Of a stretch of DNA of 32,000 bases, positions 7,366 through 15,956 are shown piece by piece. This stretch comes from Patescibacteria group bacterium (GTDB lineage Bacteria; Patescibacteriota; Patescibacteriia; 2-01-FULL-39-33), in contig JBAZRV010000005.1 in the NCBI GenBank assembly GCA_041662745.1, positions 74,316-106,315 on the forward strand, read 5' to 3'. The notes under the pieces were generated by a model. The model saw only the letters and a program-made list of their open reading frames with translations, was not told the origin of the DNA and made no database searches. Both the position numbers and the translations under genes were made by a program. The stretch's first letter is position 1. Each line of letters begins with the position of its first letter.

Positions 7366-9927
7366 TCATTTCAAATATTTTCTTAAATAATCACCGGTCA
7401 AGCAATCTTTCGCGCCGGTAAGCTGTTCGGGCGTACCCTTGGCTACGACTTTACCGCCATTATCCCCGCCTTCCGGTCCCAGATCAATCACCCAGTCCGC
7501 TTCTTTGATGATATGCATGTTGTGTTCAATCAAAACGACACTATTACCCTTATCAATTAATTTATTTAAAGCTTTAAGCAATAATTCAATATCATGGTAA
7601 TGCAAACCGACCGAGGGCTCGTCCAATAAGTATAAAGTTTTAGCGCCCAAGGTGTGCGTCAATTCGCGAGCCAACTTAATTCTTTGCGCTTCACCGCCGG
7701 ACAGGGTGGTGGCTGACTGGCCTAATTGCAGATAACCCAATCCGACTTCTTGCAAAACCTTAAGTTTGTCGGTAATCAGATATTGGCCGTCAAAATAATC
7801 AATTGCTTCGTCAATCGTCAATTGTAGAACTTCGGCGATGTTTTTGTTCTTATATTTGACCTGCAATGTCTCGCGGTTGAATCTTCTGCTACGGCAAACC
7901 TCGCATTCCACCAGCACGGCCGGCAAGAAATGCATTTCAATCAGATTGAATCCGGCGCCGTCGCAAGACTCGCAACGTCCGCCCGGACGATTGAAAGAAA
8001 AGCGCGAAGCAGTGTAAGCGCGTTCGCGGCTGGCCGGCAGCTGGGCAAAAAATTCGCGAATCGGCGTAAAAATTCCGGTATAGGTGGCGGGGTTGCTTCG
8101 CGGCGTCCGGCCGATAGGCGACTGATTTACGATAATCACCTTGTTAATGTATTCGCTGCCGATAATTTTGGCCACACCCCTGATTTCTTTCCGAAAACCG
8201 TGCTTGATTTTCAGTAGATTTTCATATAGGGCATCATAAAGCAGGGTGGACTTGCCGCTGCCGGACACGCCGGTAATGGCAATGAATTTCCGCAAGGGAA
8301 ACTCCACATCAATACTTTTCAAGTTATTGATCTTGGCGCCGATAACCTTGATGGCTTCAGCTTCCTTAAGGCGGCGGCTGCGATCCAGGTTGATTTCTTT
8401 CTCCCCGCGCAAATATTGCAATGTCAAAGAATCGGGGTAATCTTTGCCCTTAAGCAGTTTTTTGGTTTCCCCGACGGCCGTCACTTCCCCGCCGTGGCGT
8501 CCCGCCAAAGGTCCCAAATCTACCAGATAATCCGAGGCCATAATCGTCCGCTCATCATGTTCCACCACGATAACGGTATTATTCTGATCCCGCAATGATT
8601 TTAGGGTTTCAATCAGTTTCTCCGTATCCCTTTCATGCAGGCCGATAGTCGGCTCGTCAAGAACATACAGGGTATGGGACAAATGCGAACCGATCTGGGA
8701 AGCCAGGCGGATTCTCTGAGCCTCGCCGCCTGATAGCGTCTCAGCCTCGCGATCCAGCGTCAAATAATTCAAACCGACCTTAAGCAAGAAATCCAAACGG
8801 GCGCTGATTTCATAAACTACGGTTTCGCCGATAGTCTTCTGACGTTCAGTCATTTTGTTGTAATATTCGGAAAAAAACTTCTGGGCTTTATCCAGAGACA
8901 ACGCCGAGGTCTCGGCGATATTTTTGCCGTTGACCCGCACCGACAAGGCATTTTCATTCAAGCGCAAGCCATGGCAAGTCAGGCACTCCTCCACGATGCG
9001 TTCGTATTTGTTGCCGTCATCATCTTCGTCGGTTTTTTCCCTTTCCACCCATTTTTCTTTCCGGCCCAAACCGTGGCATTCGGGGCAGGCGCCATGCGGA
9101 CTATTGAATGAGAACAGGCGCGGCTCCACTTCAGGGAAGGCAAAACCGTCATTGGGGCACGTCCAATTGGAAGACAAGAGGATCTCCGCCGGTTCTTTAT
9201 CTTTCTGATTAAAAATCACGCGCACCAAACCCTTGGCATGATCCAAGGCGCTTTCCACGGCTTCAGTCAAACGCGTTTCATCTGCTAATCTGACTTTATC
9301 AATAACAATATCAATGGAATGTTTTTTGTTCTTGCTCAGTTCAATACGTTCGCGTAAAGAATTAATTTTGCCATCCACGCGCGCCTCGCCAAAACCCAGG
9401 GCCAAAAAATCATACAGCATCTGATAATATTCCCCTTTCCTATCCACCACCACCGGCGATAAAATCATAATATTATCCGCGCCCGACTCTTCGGCTTTGT
9501 TTTTGATGATTTCTATCATCTCATCCAAAGACATCTTAGCGATCTTAGTGCCGCAAACCGGGCAAAATACTTCGCCCAAGCGGGCATACAGGACCCGCAG
9601 GTAATCGTAAATCTCGGTCAAGGTGCCCACGGTGGAACGGGGGTTATGCGACAGGGCTTTCTGGTCAATACTGATAGCCGGCGCCAAGCCGACAATTTCG
9701 TCCACATCAGCCGGCTTCATTTGGCCCAAAAACTGCCGGGCATAAGGCGACAGCGATTCAATATAACGCCTTTGGCCTTCGGCAAAAATCGTATCAAAAG
9801 CCAGCGACGATTTGCCGCTGCCGGACACGCCGGTCATGACCGTCAACTTGTTATGCGGTATTTCCAACGAAATATTCTTTAAATTGTGCACCCGCGCGTT
9901 GCGGATAATTATCTTATCTTCAGTCAT
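7366..9927 (-). CDS. uvrA: Excinuclease ABC subunit A, shortened form
   Basis: 853 aa. Two Walker A motifs ([28 protein letters not shown] and [16 protein letters not shown]), CxxC zinc motifs, two LSGGEAQRI(R/K)LA signatures. Confidence 0.97.
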   Translation of the reverse strand: MTEDKIIIRNARVHNLKNISLEIPHNKLTVMTGVSGSGKSSLAFDTIFAEGQRRYIESLSPYARQFLGQMKPADVDEIVGLAPAISIDQKALSHNPRSTVGTLTEIYDYLRVLYARLGEVFCPVCGTKIAKMSLDEMIEIIKNKAEESGADNIMILSPVVVDRKGEYYQMLYDFLALGFGEARVDGKINSLRERIELSKNKKHSIDIVIDKVRLADETRLTEAVESALDHAKGLVRVIFNQKDKEPAEILLSSNWTCPNDGFAFPEVEPRLFSFNSPHGACPECHGLGRKEKWVEREKTDEDDDGNKYERIVEECLTCHGLRLNENALSVRVNGKNIAETSALSLDKAQKFFSEYYNKMTERQKTIGETVVYEISARLDFLLKVGLNYLTLDREAETLSGGEAQRIRLASQIGSHLSHTLYVLDEPTIGLHERDTEKLIETLKSLRDQNNTVIVVEHDERTIMASDYLVDLGPLAGRHGGEVTAVGETKKLLKGKDYPDSLTLQYLRGEKEINLDRSRRLKEAEAIKVIGAKINNLKSIDVEFPLRKFIAITGVSGSGKSTLLYDALYENLLKIKHGFRKEIRGVAKIIGSEYINKVIIVNQSPIGRTPRSNPATYTGIFTPIREFFAQLPASRERAYTASRFSFNRPGGRCESCDGAGFNLIEMHFLPAVLVECEVCRSRRFNRETLQVKYKNKNIAEVLQLTIDEAIDYFDGQYLITDKLKVLQEVGLGYLQLGQSATTLSGGEAQRIKLARELTHTLGAKTLYLLDEPSVGLHYHDIELLLKALNKLIDKGNSVVLIEHNMHIIKEADWVIDLGPEGGDNGGKVVAKGTPEQLTGAKDCLTGDYLRKYLK

Positions 9928-9949
9928 TTTTTTAAATTATTTTTTTACG

Positions 9950-10765
9950 CTACGTCAACGGGCTTTTGATATTCCTGATGCTCGGATTAGTAACATGAGT
10001 ATAAATTTGCGTGGTGCGGATATTCTGATGCCCCAAAAGTTCTTGCACATAACGAACATCAGTGCTGTTTTCTAACAAGTGGGTGGCGAAACTGTGGCGC
10101 AAACTGTGAAAAGTTGCTTCCTTCTTGATGCTTGACTTTTCAAGCACTTTGGCAAAAATCGCCTGTAAAGTTCTTTCCGTCAATTTTCCGCCACGTTCAC
10201 TCTCAAACAGATAGTCATTGCCCGAGCGATCACTGATAAGCGCGGCTAATTTACTTTTAATTTTTTCCGGAACAATCGTCAAGCGATCCTTTCGTCCCTT
10301 GCCCTGATCCACCTTAAGCGTCAACTCATTAAGAAAAACGTCTTTGATTCTTAAATTAACTGCCTCACTGACTCTAAGTCCGGCGCCATAAGACAAAGCC
10401 AAAATTAGCTTATGTTTCTCATTATCGGTGTTGCTTATCATCAGATTTATTTCCTCCCGGCTCAAAACCACCGGCAACCGCTTATTTTTTTTGGCTAATT
10501 TAAAATCAATATGTTGAGGCTTTTTTAGAATTTCGCGATAAAAAAACTTAATAGCGTTAAGGCACAAGTTGATCGTCTGAGGGGAATAGCCTTTTTCCTG
10601 CTTGATTAAAATAAACTCTTTAATTTTAGCGGAATCCGCCGCCATGGGGTTGTCATTTACAAAACATAGAAAGTCATTCAGATAATGAATATAACTATTG
10701 ATGGTCTTTCGGCTGTAGTTCCTGATTTTTAGCTCAATTATTGTTTTATCCGAATAACTTTGCAT
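9950..10765 (-). CDS. Xer-like tyrosine recombinase
   Basis: The track extends the start to 10855; the likely start is the ATG at 10765 ([18 protein letters not shown]). Catalytic motifs [38 protein letters not shown]. Confidence 0.92.
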   Translation of the reverse strand: MQSYSDKTIIELKIRNYSRKTINSYIHYLNDFLCFVNDNPMAADSAKIKEFILIKQEKGYSPQTINLCLNAIKFFYREILKKPQHIDFKLAKKNKRLPVVLSREEINLMISNTDNEKHKLILALSYGAGLRVSEAVNLRIKDVFLNELTLKVDQGKGRKDRLTIVPEKIKSKLAALISDRSGNDYLFESERGGKLTERTLQAIFAKVLEKSSIKKEATFHSLRHSFATHLLENSTDVRYVQELLGHQNIRTTQIYTHVTNPSIRNIKSPLT

Positions 10766-10802
10766 AAATAGGGTAAAAAGGCTATAATTTATATGTAAAT
10801 TG

Positions 10803-10831
10803 ATTATATCAACTATTCGTAAAATAATCAA
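10803..10831 (-). promoter_or_regulatory. Promoter of xer-uvrA unit
   Basis: Minus strand TTGATT (10831-10826), 17 bp, TATAAT (10808-10803). Confidence 0.65.
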
Positions 10832-10853
10832 TATCCACACATTATACGAAAAC

Positions 10854-10882
10854 AATTCGCATAAGCGCTAGTTATGTGAAAT
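10854..10882. promoter_or_regulatory. Candidate dif-like Xer recombination site
   Basis: AATTCGCATAA-GCGCTAG-TTATGTGAAAT. Arms match 8/11 and 10/11 with the E. coli dif arms GGTGCGCATAA / TTATGTTAAAT (recalled); located 88 bp upstream of the xer start. Confidence 0.5.
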
Positions 10883-10916
10883 CTTAAAAAAACAAACTTT
10901 TTATTAATTTAAACTT

Positions 10917-11225
10917 ATGAAACCGTGGTTTAAAAATGGCTGCTGGGGAGTAGCCGTCGCGACGATCTTAGCTTTAGCCTCATGGATAATTTGTATTATT
11001 GTTTATGCCCCTGATTTTAAATATTGGGCACAACCGCTTTGGTTATTCTTTTCATTTCCCGGGGCAATCATTATCGGAGTCGCTATGTTTCTGATGTTTG
11101 ACTACTATCCCCCGCGCATAATAGATTCATTTTCATTAATTTTAAGTACGGCTATTTCAATGGGAATTTATTTCTTATTTGGCCTCTTTGTTGGTTGGAT
11201 AATTAAAAAAATAAAAACATGGTAA
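10917..11225 (+). CDS. Hypothetical membrane protein (3 predicted hydrophobic segments)
   Basis: 102 aa with segments GVAVATILALASWIICIIVY, LWLFFSFPGAIIIGVAMFLMF and LILSTAISMGIYFLFGLFVGWII. Confidence 0.6.
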   Translation: MKPWFKNGCWGVAVATILALASWIICIIVYAPDFKYWAQPLWLFFSFPGAIIIGVAMFLMFDYYPPRIIDSFSLILSTAISMGIYFLFGLFVGWIIKKIKTW

Positions 11226-11308
11226 ATATCGGGATTATAATTTTAGTTATCTTGATAGTGGCCGGCGCAATAATTATGGGTATGAGGGAAGATAAGCATA
11301 ACCCATAA
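11219..11308 (+). CDS. Tiny putative membrane peptide
   Basis: 29 aa MVNIGIIILVILIVAGAIIMGMREDKHNP*, overlapping the 3' end of the preceding ORF. Confidence 0.35.
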   Translation: MVNIGIIILVILIVAGAIIMGMREDKHNP

Positions 11309-11381
11309 AATACTAAAACACGTCGGCAACATTGGCAAAATCAACAAGATGGATTGACACAGATCATCGTTCCGCCTTGTC

Positions 11382-11410
11382 TTGACTTTTTTACTTCTCT
11401 TGGCTATAAT
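11382..11410 (+). promoter_or_regulatory. Sigma70-like promoter of small-ORF unit
   Basis: TTGACT (11382-11387), 17 bp, TATAAT (11405-11410). Confidence 0.8.
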
Positions 11411-11498
11411 AAATAATCAGAGCAAAAAGAACCTTAAAATCCAAATAACCCATGGTAAGCGACTTTTTAGATCAATGCCACATGGAAGGAGGTTAATA

Positions 11499-11948
11499 AT
11501 GAACTCCAAGATTTTCAAAAAGCCGTATATCAAAGTGGAAATCACCGACACTGCCGTGTCGGGCAGTATGTTGTTTAGAAAACTGGGATCATGGTGCGAG
11601 GCGGAATCGTCGGTTCTAATGTGGGAAACAACCTACGAAGAAGCGCCCCTGCAACAATACTTTGCCACTACGGGAAGCAATGCGGGGAAAAAAACTGATA
11701 CTGCCGGCGGTAATTGGAGAATTGAATTCCAATTTGTCCGAGTCAACACTGGCGCTGAAAGAGGGTTTTTTGATGGCGCGATTATCATTGCCGGATTCAT
11801 CAAGAACACTTTGGAAGCGACCAACGATGAATCGCAACCGGCTTATTTATTATCAATTAATTCCCGATCATTGAAGGGCGAGCAAACATTCTTATCCGCC
11901 CCCGATCTCTGGAAGACGCTCACTAATTTGGGAGTGAAAAAAACTTAG
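11499..11948 (+). CDS. Hypothetical protein
   Basis: 149 aa from the ATG at 11499, preceded by GGAAGGAGG. The track start (TTG at 11382) coincides with the promoter -35 element. Confidence 0.65.
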   Translation: MNSKIFKKPYIKVEITDTAVSGSMLFRKLGSWCEAESSVLMWETTYEEAPLQQYFATTGSNAGKKTDTAGGNWRIEFQFVRVNTGAERGFFDGAIIIAGFIKNTLEATNDESQPAYLLSINSRSLKGEQTFLSAPDLWKTLTNLGVKKT

Positions 11949-12023
11949 GACATTTTTGAATCAAAAAGAGGAGAATTATACCCGAATCATTGCTAAAAAT
12001 ACGGGGGCAATAATATTCAATTC

Positions 12024-12167
12024 GTGGAATACCCTCATGATCATCCTAATTACTATGATAGCATCAGTGAAATCCATTGCCAGAATTGCGACCGACGTTT
12101 CGGCCGTTGGTCAGGCAAAGAATTAAAAGAAGGCGAATGCGAGAAACCTTATAGTAAGGAGAATTAA
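12024..12167 (+). CDS. Tiny Cys-containing protein, possibly the C-terminal part of a frameshifted ORF
   Basis: Reads VEYPHDHPNYYDSISEIHCQNCDRRFGRWSGKELKEGECEKPYSKEN*. Contains CxxC and a further Cys; start codon uncertain. Confidence 0.4.
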   Translation: MEYPHDHPNYYDSISEIHCQNCDRRFGRWSGKELKEGECEKPYSKEN

Positions 12168-12169
12168 AC

Positions 12170-12460
12170 ATGACTAAAAAAAGGTTCATTGAACTGCATG
12201 GCCAATCTGCTTGGGACCTGCTAGTGGAGACGATTGAACCGCCGTTTGCCTGGATGAAAAAATTTATGCCCAGTGACGACAAAATGTCAGAACGCGGTCA
12301 CAAAACCGTTATGCGGCTTCTTGAACGGCTCGGCATAGTCGAAGCAACTGGCCTTAATGAGGCTGAACAAAAATCATGCGAAAAAGACTTAGAAATTGCC
12401 CGATTAGAAAAAGAAATAAAGAAATTGCGAAAACAACTTGAGCAAGGTGACCGACTATGA
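12170..12460 (+). CDS. Hypothetical protein with C-terminal coiled coil
   Basis: 96 aa, SD AAGGAG upstream, C-terminus KDLEIARLEKEIKKLRKQLEQ. Confidence 0.6.
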   Translation: MTKKRFIELHGQSAWDLLVETIEPPFAWMKKFMPSDDKMSERGHKTVMRLLERLGIVEATGLNEAEQKSCEKDLEIARLEKEIKKLRKQLEQGDRL

Positions 12461-12528
12461 CTAAAACTCAATTTGAAGTCCAAAGATGGCAATACTTTAA
12501 TCAATATAACAACCAAGGAGGACTCTAA
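12457..12528 (+). CDS. 23-aa micro-ORF
   Basis: ATGA overlap with the previous ORF; MTKTQFEVQRWQYFNQYNNQGGL*. Its 3' end contains the AAGGAGG SD of the next ORF. Confidence 0.35.
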   Translation: MTKTQFEVQRWQYFNQYNNQGGL

Positions 12529-12530
12529 TT

Positions 12531-12722
12531 GTGAGTAAACCGAGATACACTCAATGGATAGATGGCGAGGGTTGGACAGGAATTACTCGGAAAATCCAGG
12601 GCCGGCCAGATGTTGCTATTGGTGTCATAACCGGCGCCTGCCATTCTATAAAAGACTTAATCAAAATGTTACAAGAAGCCTATAAAATGGGGTTAGCGGA
12701 TGGAAAAAAATTAAGACAATAA
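12531..12722 (+). CDS. Hypothetical small protein
   Basis: 63 aa from GTG, preceded by AAGGAGG: MSKPRYTQWIDGEGWTGITRKIQGRPDVAIG... Confidence 0.55.
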   Translation: MSKPRYTQWIDGEGWTGITRKIQGRPDVAIGVITGACHSIKDLIKMLQEAYKMGLADGKKLRQ

Positions 12723-12732
12723 GCACTTTAAC

Positions 12733-12759
12733 CAAACACGGCACCCCTGCCGTGTTTTT
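12733..12759. terminator. Terminator shared by small-ORF unit (+) and cysS (-)
   Basis: AAACACGGCA-CCCC-TGCCGTGTTT followed by TTT; 10 bp stem. Confidence 0.85.
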
Positions 12760-12762
12760 TGC

Positions 12763-14175
12763 TTAGATTTTTTTTAATTTATAATCATCCTTACTGTCTT
12801 CCATTTGCCAACCGGCTTGCAAGAGTTCATCACGCAAACGATCCGACTCGGCCCAATTCTTGGTTTGTCGAGCCTGCCAACGCGCTTCGGCTAAAGTTTT
12901 TATTTCAGCGGGAATTTCTTCCGCTCTAAGTTGCGATAAATTCAAGCCCAAAACTTGATCAAAATCAATTATGGTCGCATATTTTTCCGCATCAGGCAAA
13001 TCAGCCTTGAGTATTTCCCAAACCAATGCTAAGGCTTGGGGAATATTAAAATCATCTTCCAGGGCGGCGATGAACTTATTTTTAAATAATTCCTCCGTTC
13101 GCCCGCCATCCGGCTGGTTCGGTCGGAATGACAATAATTGCAAGCGTAAATTATTTAATGCGGATTGGGCGGCATCAAGCGCCTCCCAAGTAAAATTTTG
13201 CTTACTGCGATAATGCGCGCCCAAGAAAAAATAACGCAAGACCAGCGGATCATACCCTTTGGCCTTGATATCGGTTACCGAATAAGCCGTACCGTCGGAT
13301 TTTGACATCTTGCCGCCGTCAACATTAAGATGTTCATTATGCAACCAATAATCCACGAACTTTTGGCCGGAAAAGGCCTCGCTCTGAGCAATCTCGTTGG
13401 TATGATGCACGGGCACGTGCTCAATACCGCCCATATGCAAATCAATCGTTGGACCGAAAATCTTATAGTTCATAGCCGAACATTCCAAATGCCAGCCGGG
13501 GAAACCCTCCCCTTTAATTGTTTTACCCTGAACACGAAATTTGTACGGCCAAGTTTGTAAGGCATTTTCATGCGCGCCCGCCTTAAAAAACCATACGGCA
13601 AAGTCAGCCGAATTCCTTTTTCCCGGATCGCCCACTTCGCCCTTGCCGGCCTCAGCCTGATTTTCTTCCAATTTCTGGCCGGACAACCTGGTGTAGTCCC
13701 GGGCCTTGGCAATATCAAAATAAATCGCCAAATCGGTGACATAAGCATAATCCTTATCCAGAAAAACCTGCACCATTTTTTGCATTTGCTTGATATACTC
13801 CGTGGCCCGCGGTTTATAGTCGGGGGGCAAACAATTCAAATCAGCCACATCAGCTTCAAATTGCGCGATGTATTTATCAGCTATCTGCTTCGGCGTTAGG
13901 CCTTCGCGTCTGGCCGCCTTAATCATCTTGTCTTCGCCCTCATCCTCATCGCTGGTCAAATGGCCGACATCGGTATAATTCCGGGCAAACTTCACTTTGT
14001 AACCAAGATAGGCAAGCGACCGGCGAATCAAGTCGGCCAGCACCATGGCGCGCATATTGCCGAGATGCTGAATCCAATAAACAGTCGGCCCGCATTGGTA
14101 GAAAGTGACTTCTTTCTTTTTAAGCGGCTTAAAATCCTCTTGTTTTTTACTTAAGGTGTTGAAAATCTTTAACAT
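12763..14175 (-). CDS. cysS: Cysteinyl-tRNA synthetase
   Basis: FYQCGPTVYWIQHLGNMR, GWHLECSAM, HHTNEIAQSEA, GGKMSKSDGT. Start refined from 14244 to the ATG at 14175. Confidence 0.96.
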   Translation of the reverse strand: MLKIFNTLSKKQEDFKPLKKKEVTFYQCGPTVYWIQHLGNMRAMVLADLIRRSLAYLGYKVKFARNYTDVGHLTSDEDEGEDKMIKAARREGLTPKQIADKYIAQFEADVADLNCLPPDYKPRATEYIKQMQKMVQVFLDKDYAYVTDLAIYFDIAKARDYTRLSGQKLEENQAEAGKGEVGDPGKRNSADFAVWFFKAGAHENALQTWPYKFRVQGKTIKGEGFPGWHLECSAMNYKIFGPTIDLHMGGIEHVPVHHTNEIAQSEAFSGQKFVDYWLHNEHLNVDGGKMSKSDGTAYSVTDIKAKGYDPLVLRYFFLGAHYRSKQNFTWEALDAAQSALNNLRLQLLSFRPNQPDGGRTEELFKNKFIAALEDDFNIPQALALVWEILKADLPDAEKYATIIDFDQVLGLNLSQLRAEEIPAEIKTLAEARWQARQTKNWAESDRLRDELLQAGWQMEDSKDDYKLKKI

Positions 14176-14382
14176 AGATTTCTTTGCCGCTTTTTCTAGA
14201 AAAATCGGCTGAAAAAGTCGCGACCGGTCATAAATCATGGCCAAATTTTACACTTCACTCACTAAAATTTTCTGACGCTACGCTTGCGAAAATTTTTAGC
14301 GTTCGCTTTCGTATAAAATTAGCACAAGATTTATTTATAGTCGCATTTTAAATGCTAATAATAAATACAATAATTAATAAAA

Positions 14383-14874
14383 CTATTCAATTCTTACTTC
14401 ATCACCTGCCCTAATCCCGTGGCTGGCGACGAAACCGGCGTTGGCCTCTAATACCATATTTACCGGGCCGGGCGAAGCATAAAGCTCAGTTGGTCGCTCC
14501 CCTGCCGGCGGCAGATTCTCACTGGCGCCGACGACCTGATTATCTTTTAACCAAATGATATCCAAAGGAAAATTCATATCTTTCATCCAAAAACTGCGAG
14601 CGGACGGAGCGTTATAGACAAACAACATGCCACAATCGGCGCACAAGGACCGGCGATCGGATAAACCCTTGATTTTATCCGCTTCGGTCGTTACCAATTC
14701 CACTTTGATTTTTTTCTCGCCGAAATAAACATGTTTATCAGCTTTATCGGCCGTCTTAATGGCAGTACAGCCGGTTAGCAACAAACCGGAAAACAAGGCG
14801 AACGACAAAATTAAGCTTTTTTTGATTTGACCCATAAGGCGACGGAAATTATTGCCATAACCAAAACCAAACAA
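14383..14874 (-). CDS. DUF192 family lipoprotein
   Basis: Lipobox-like LLTGC; TTEADKIKGLSDRRSLCADCGMLFVY...FWMKDMNFPLDIIWL...VVGASENLPP. Likely start at 14835. Confidence 0.85.
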   Translation of the reverse strand: MFGFGYGNNFRRLMGQIKKSLILSFALFSGLLLTGCTAIKTADKADKHVYFGEKKIKVELVTTEADKIKGLSDRRSLCADCGMLFVYNAPSARSFWMKDMNFPLDIIWLKDNQVVGASENLPPAGERPTELYASPGPVNMVLEANAGFVASHGIRAGDEVRIE

Positions 14875-15863
14875 ATAATCAATATCATTTTACCAGAACT
14901 GGTTGAAATAATTCCCAAGGAGCCAAAGGCCAGGGCGATCAGCCACAAGAGCCAAACCGCCTGGGTGTGCGATAAGCCCAAGCCGAGCAAGCGGTAATGC
15001 AAGTGATTGCGATCGCCGGCGAACGGCGATTTGCCGGAAATTAAGCGACGTATAATCACCAGCAGAACATCCAGGGCCGGCAAACCCATCACCAGTAGCG
15101 TAGTAATGATTTTTGAGCCGGAAACAATGGAGAGCACCCCCAACAAAAATCCGATGAATACGGAACCGCCCTCGCCCAAAAAAATTGAGGCCGGGCGCCA
15201 ATTGTAAATCAAAAAACCGAGCGCTGCCCCCAAAAGCAACAAGGCCCAAATGCCTGTCGCCGACAACGGCGCATCCCAACGCAAAGAAACCAAAAAAATA
15301 AACAACGCGGCAATAGTGGCGATGCCGGCCACCAAACCGTCCAAACCGTCCAAAAACTTAGTGGTATAGGCCATGCCCAAGAGCCAAAAAAACACGATGG
15401 CTATGCCCAAATACTTGCCAATAAACAAAACGGCTCCGGATTGGCTTAAGGGATTGGTGATAAAAGCTATATGCAGCCCCGACAATAAAACAACGATAAC
15501 GGCGAAGACAGGGAAAAATATTTGCTGTTGCGGTTTAAGGCTGTATTTATCGTCAATCGTGCCGCCGATCATCAATATCAAACAAGCAAGAAAAATGCCC
15601 CAGAGCAAGCAATCGTTAATCAAAGAAAAATCCGCCAAATTAAAAAATCTAAAAATAAAAACACCGGCAAAAACCGATAAAAATATCGCCCACCCGCCCA
15701 TGAAAGGCACCGGATTCTGATGGATCTTGCGTTCGGCCGCCTGCGGTTTATCCATAATATCAAAACGCCGGGCCACCAATTTGACTAACGGGGTCAAACC
15801 GACGGCCAACAAAAAAGACAGCAAAATAGCGCCAAAATAAATGATGGGATCATTGTCATTCAT
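14811..15863 (-). CDS. UDP-GlcNAc/MurNAc-phosphate undecaprenyl transferase family (WecA/TagO/MraY-like)
   Basis: Polytopic; KIHQNPVPFMGG, FLDGLDGLVAG, FLGEGGSVFIGF, DRNHLHYRLL. The ATG at 15863 lies 7 nt past the -10 element. Confidence 0.88.
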   Translation of the reverse strand: MNDNDPIIYFGAILLSFLLAVGLTPLVKLVARRFDIMDKPQAAERKIHQNPVPFMGGWAIFLSVFAGVFIFRFFNLADFSLINDCLLWGIFLACLILMIGGTIDDKYSLKPQQQIFFPVFAVIVVLLSGLHIAFITNPLSQSGAVLFIGKYLGIAIVFFWLLGMAYTTKFLDGLDGLVAGIATIAALFIFLVSLRWDAPLSATGIWALLLLGAALGFLIYNWRPASIFLGEGGSVFIGFLLGVLSIVSGSKIITTLLVMGLPALDVLLVIIRRLISGKSPFAGDRNHLHYRLLGLGLSHTQAVWLLWLIALAFGSLGIISTSSGKMILIICLVLVMAIISVALWVKSKKA

Positions 15864-15869
15864 GCCATA

Positions 15870-15898
15870 ATTATACAAAAATCTTGGCTAAAATTCAA
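15870..15898 (-). promoter_or_regulatory. Promoter of WecA/MraY-like gene; predicted TSS coincides with the start codon
   Basis: Minus strand TTGAAT-TTTAGCCAAGATTTTTG (17)-TATAAT (15875-15870); predicted +1 at about 15863. Confidence 0.65.
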
Positions 15899-15901
15899 GA
15901 A

Positions 15902-15928
15902 AAACAAAAGGACCGGCTGAACCGGTCC
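15902..15928 (-). terminator. Terminator of the zinc-ribbon membrane gene
   Basis: Minus strand GGACCGG-TTCAG-CCGGTCC then TTTTGTTTTT. Confidence 0.8.
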
Positions 15929-15956
15929 CGTTAAAGTGCTATTGTTGTAAATCGTT

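Noticed and set aside
7930-10075. Plus-strand ORFs (7930-8217, 8246-8440, 8416-8598, 8924-9208, 9646-9882, 9812-10075)
   Set aside because: Antisense shadows of uvrA and the xer gene; no credible protein features or start signals.
9950-10855. Interpretation of the xer-like gene as a mobile-element integrase
   Set aside because: It sits 22 bp upstream of uvrA in the same orientation, has compact Xer size and a dif-like site but no att-flanked element, so a chromosomal Xer role is more likely. Not excluded.
11275-11320. Possible second dif-like copy (GATAAGCATAA) that would bound the small-ORF island
   Set aside because: Only the left arm resembles the site at 10854; there is no TTATG-type right arm at the required distance, so no flanking direct repeat is supported.
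12971-14154. Small ORFs within cysS (12971, 13330, 13470, 13570, 13960)
   Set aside because: Fully contained in cysS, alternative frames or antisense; no independent evidence.
14262-14299. Inverted repeat CTAAAATTTTC...GAAAATTTTTAG between cysS and the DUF192 gene
   Set aside because: AT-rich with a one-base bulge and weak T tract; could be a weak terminator, but not strong enough to call.
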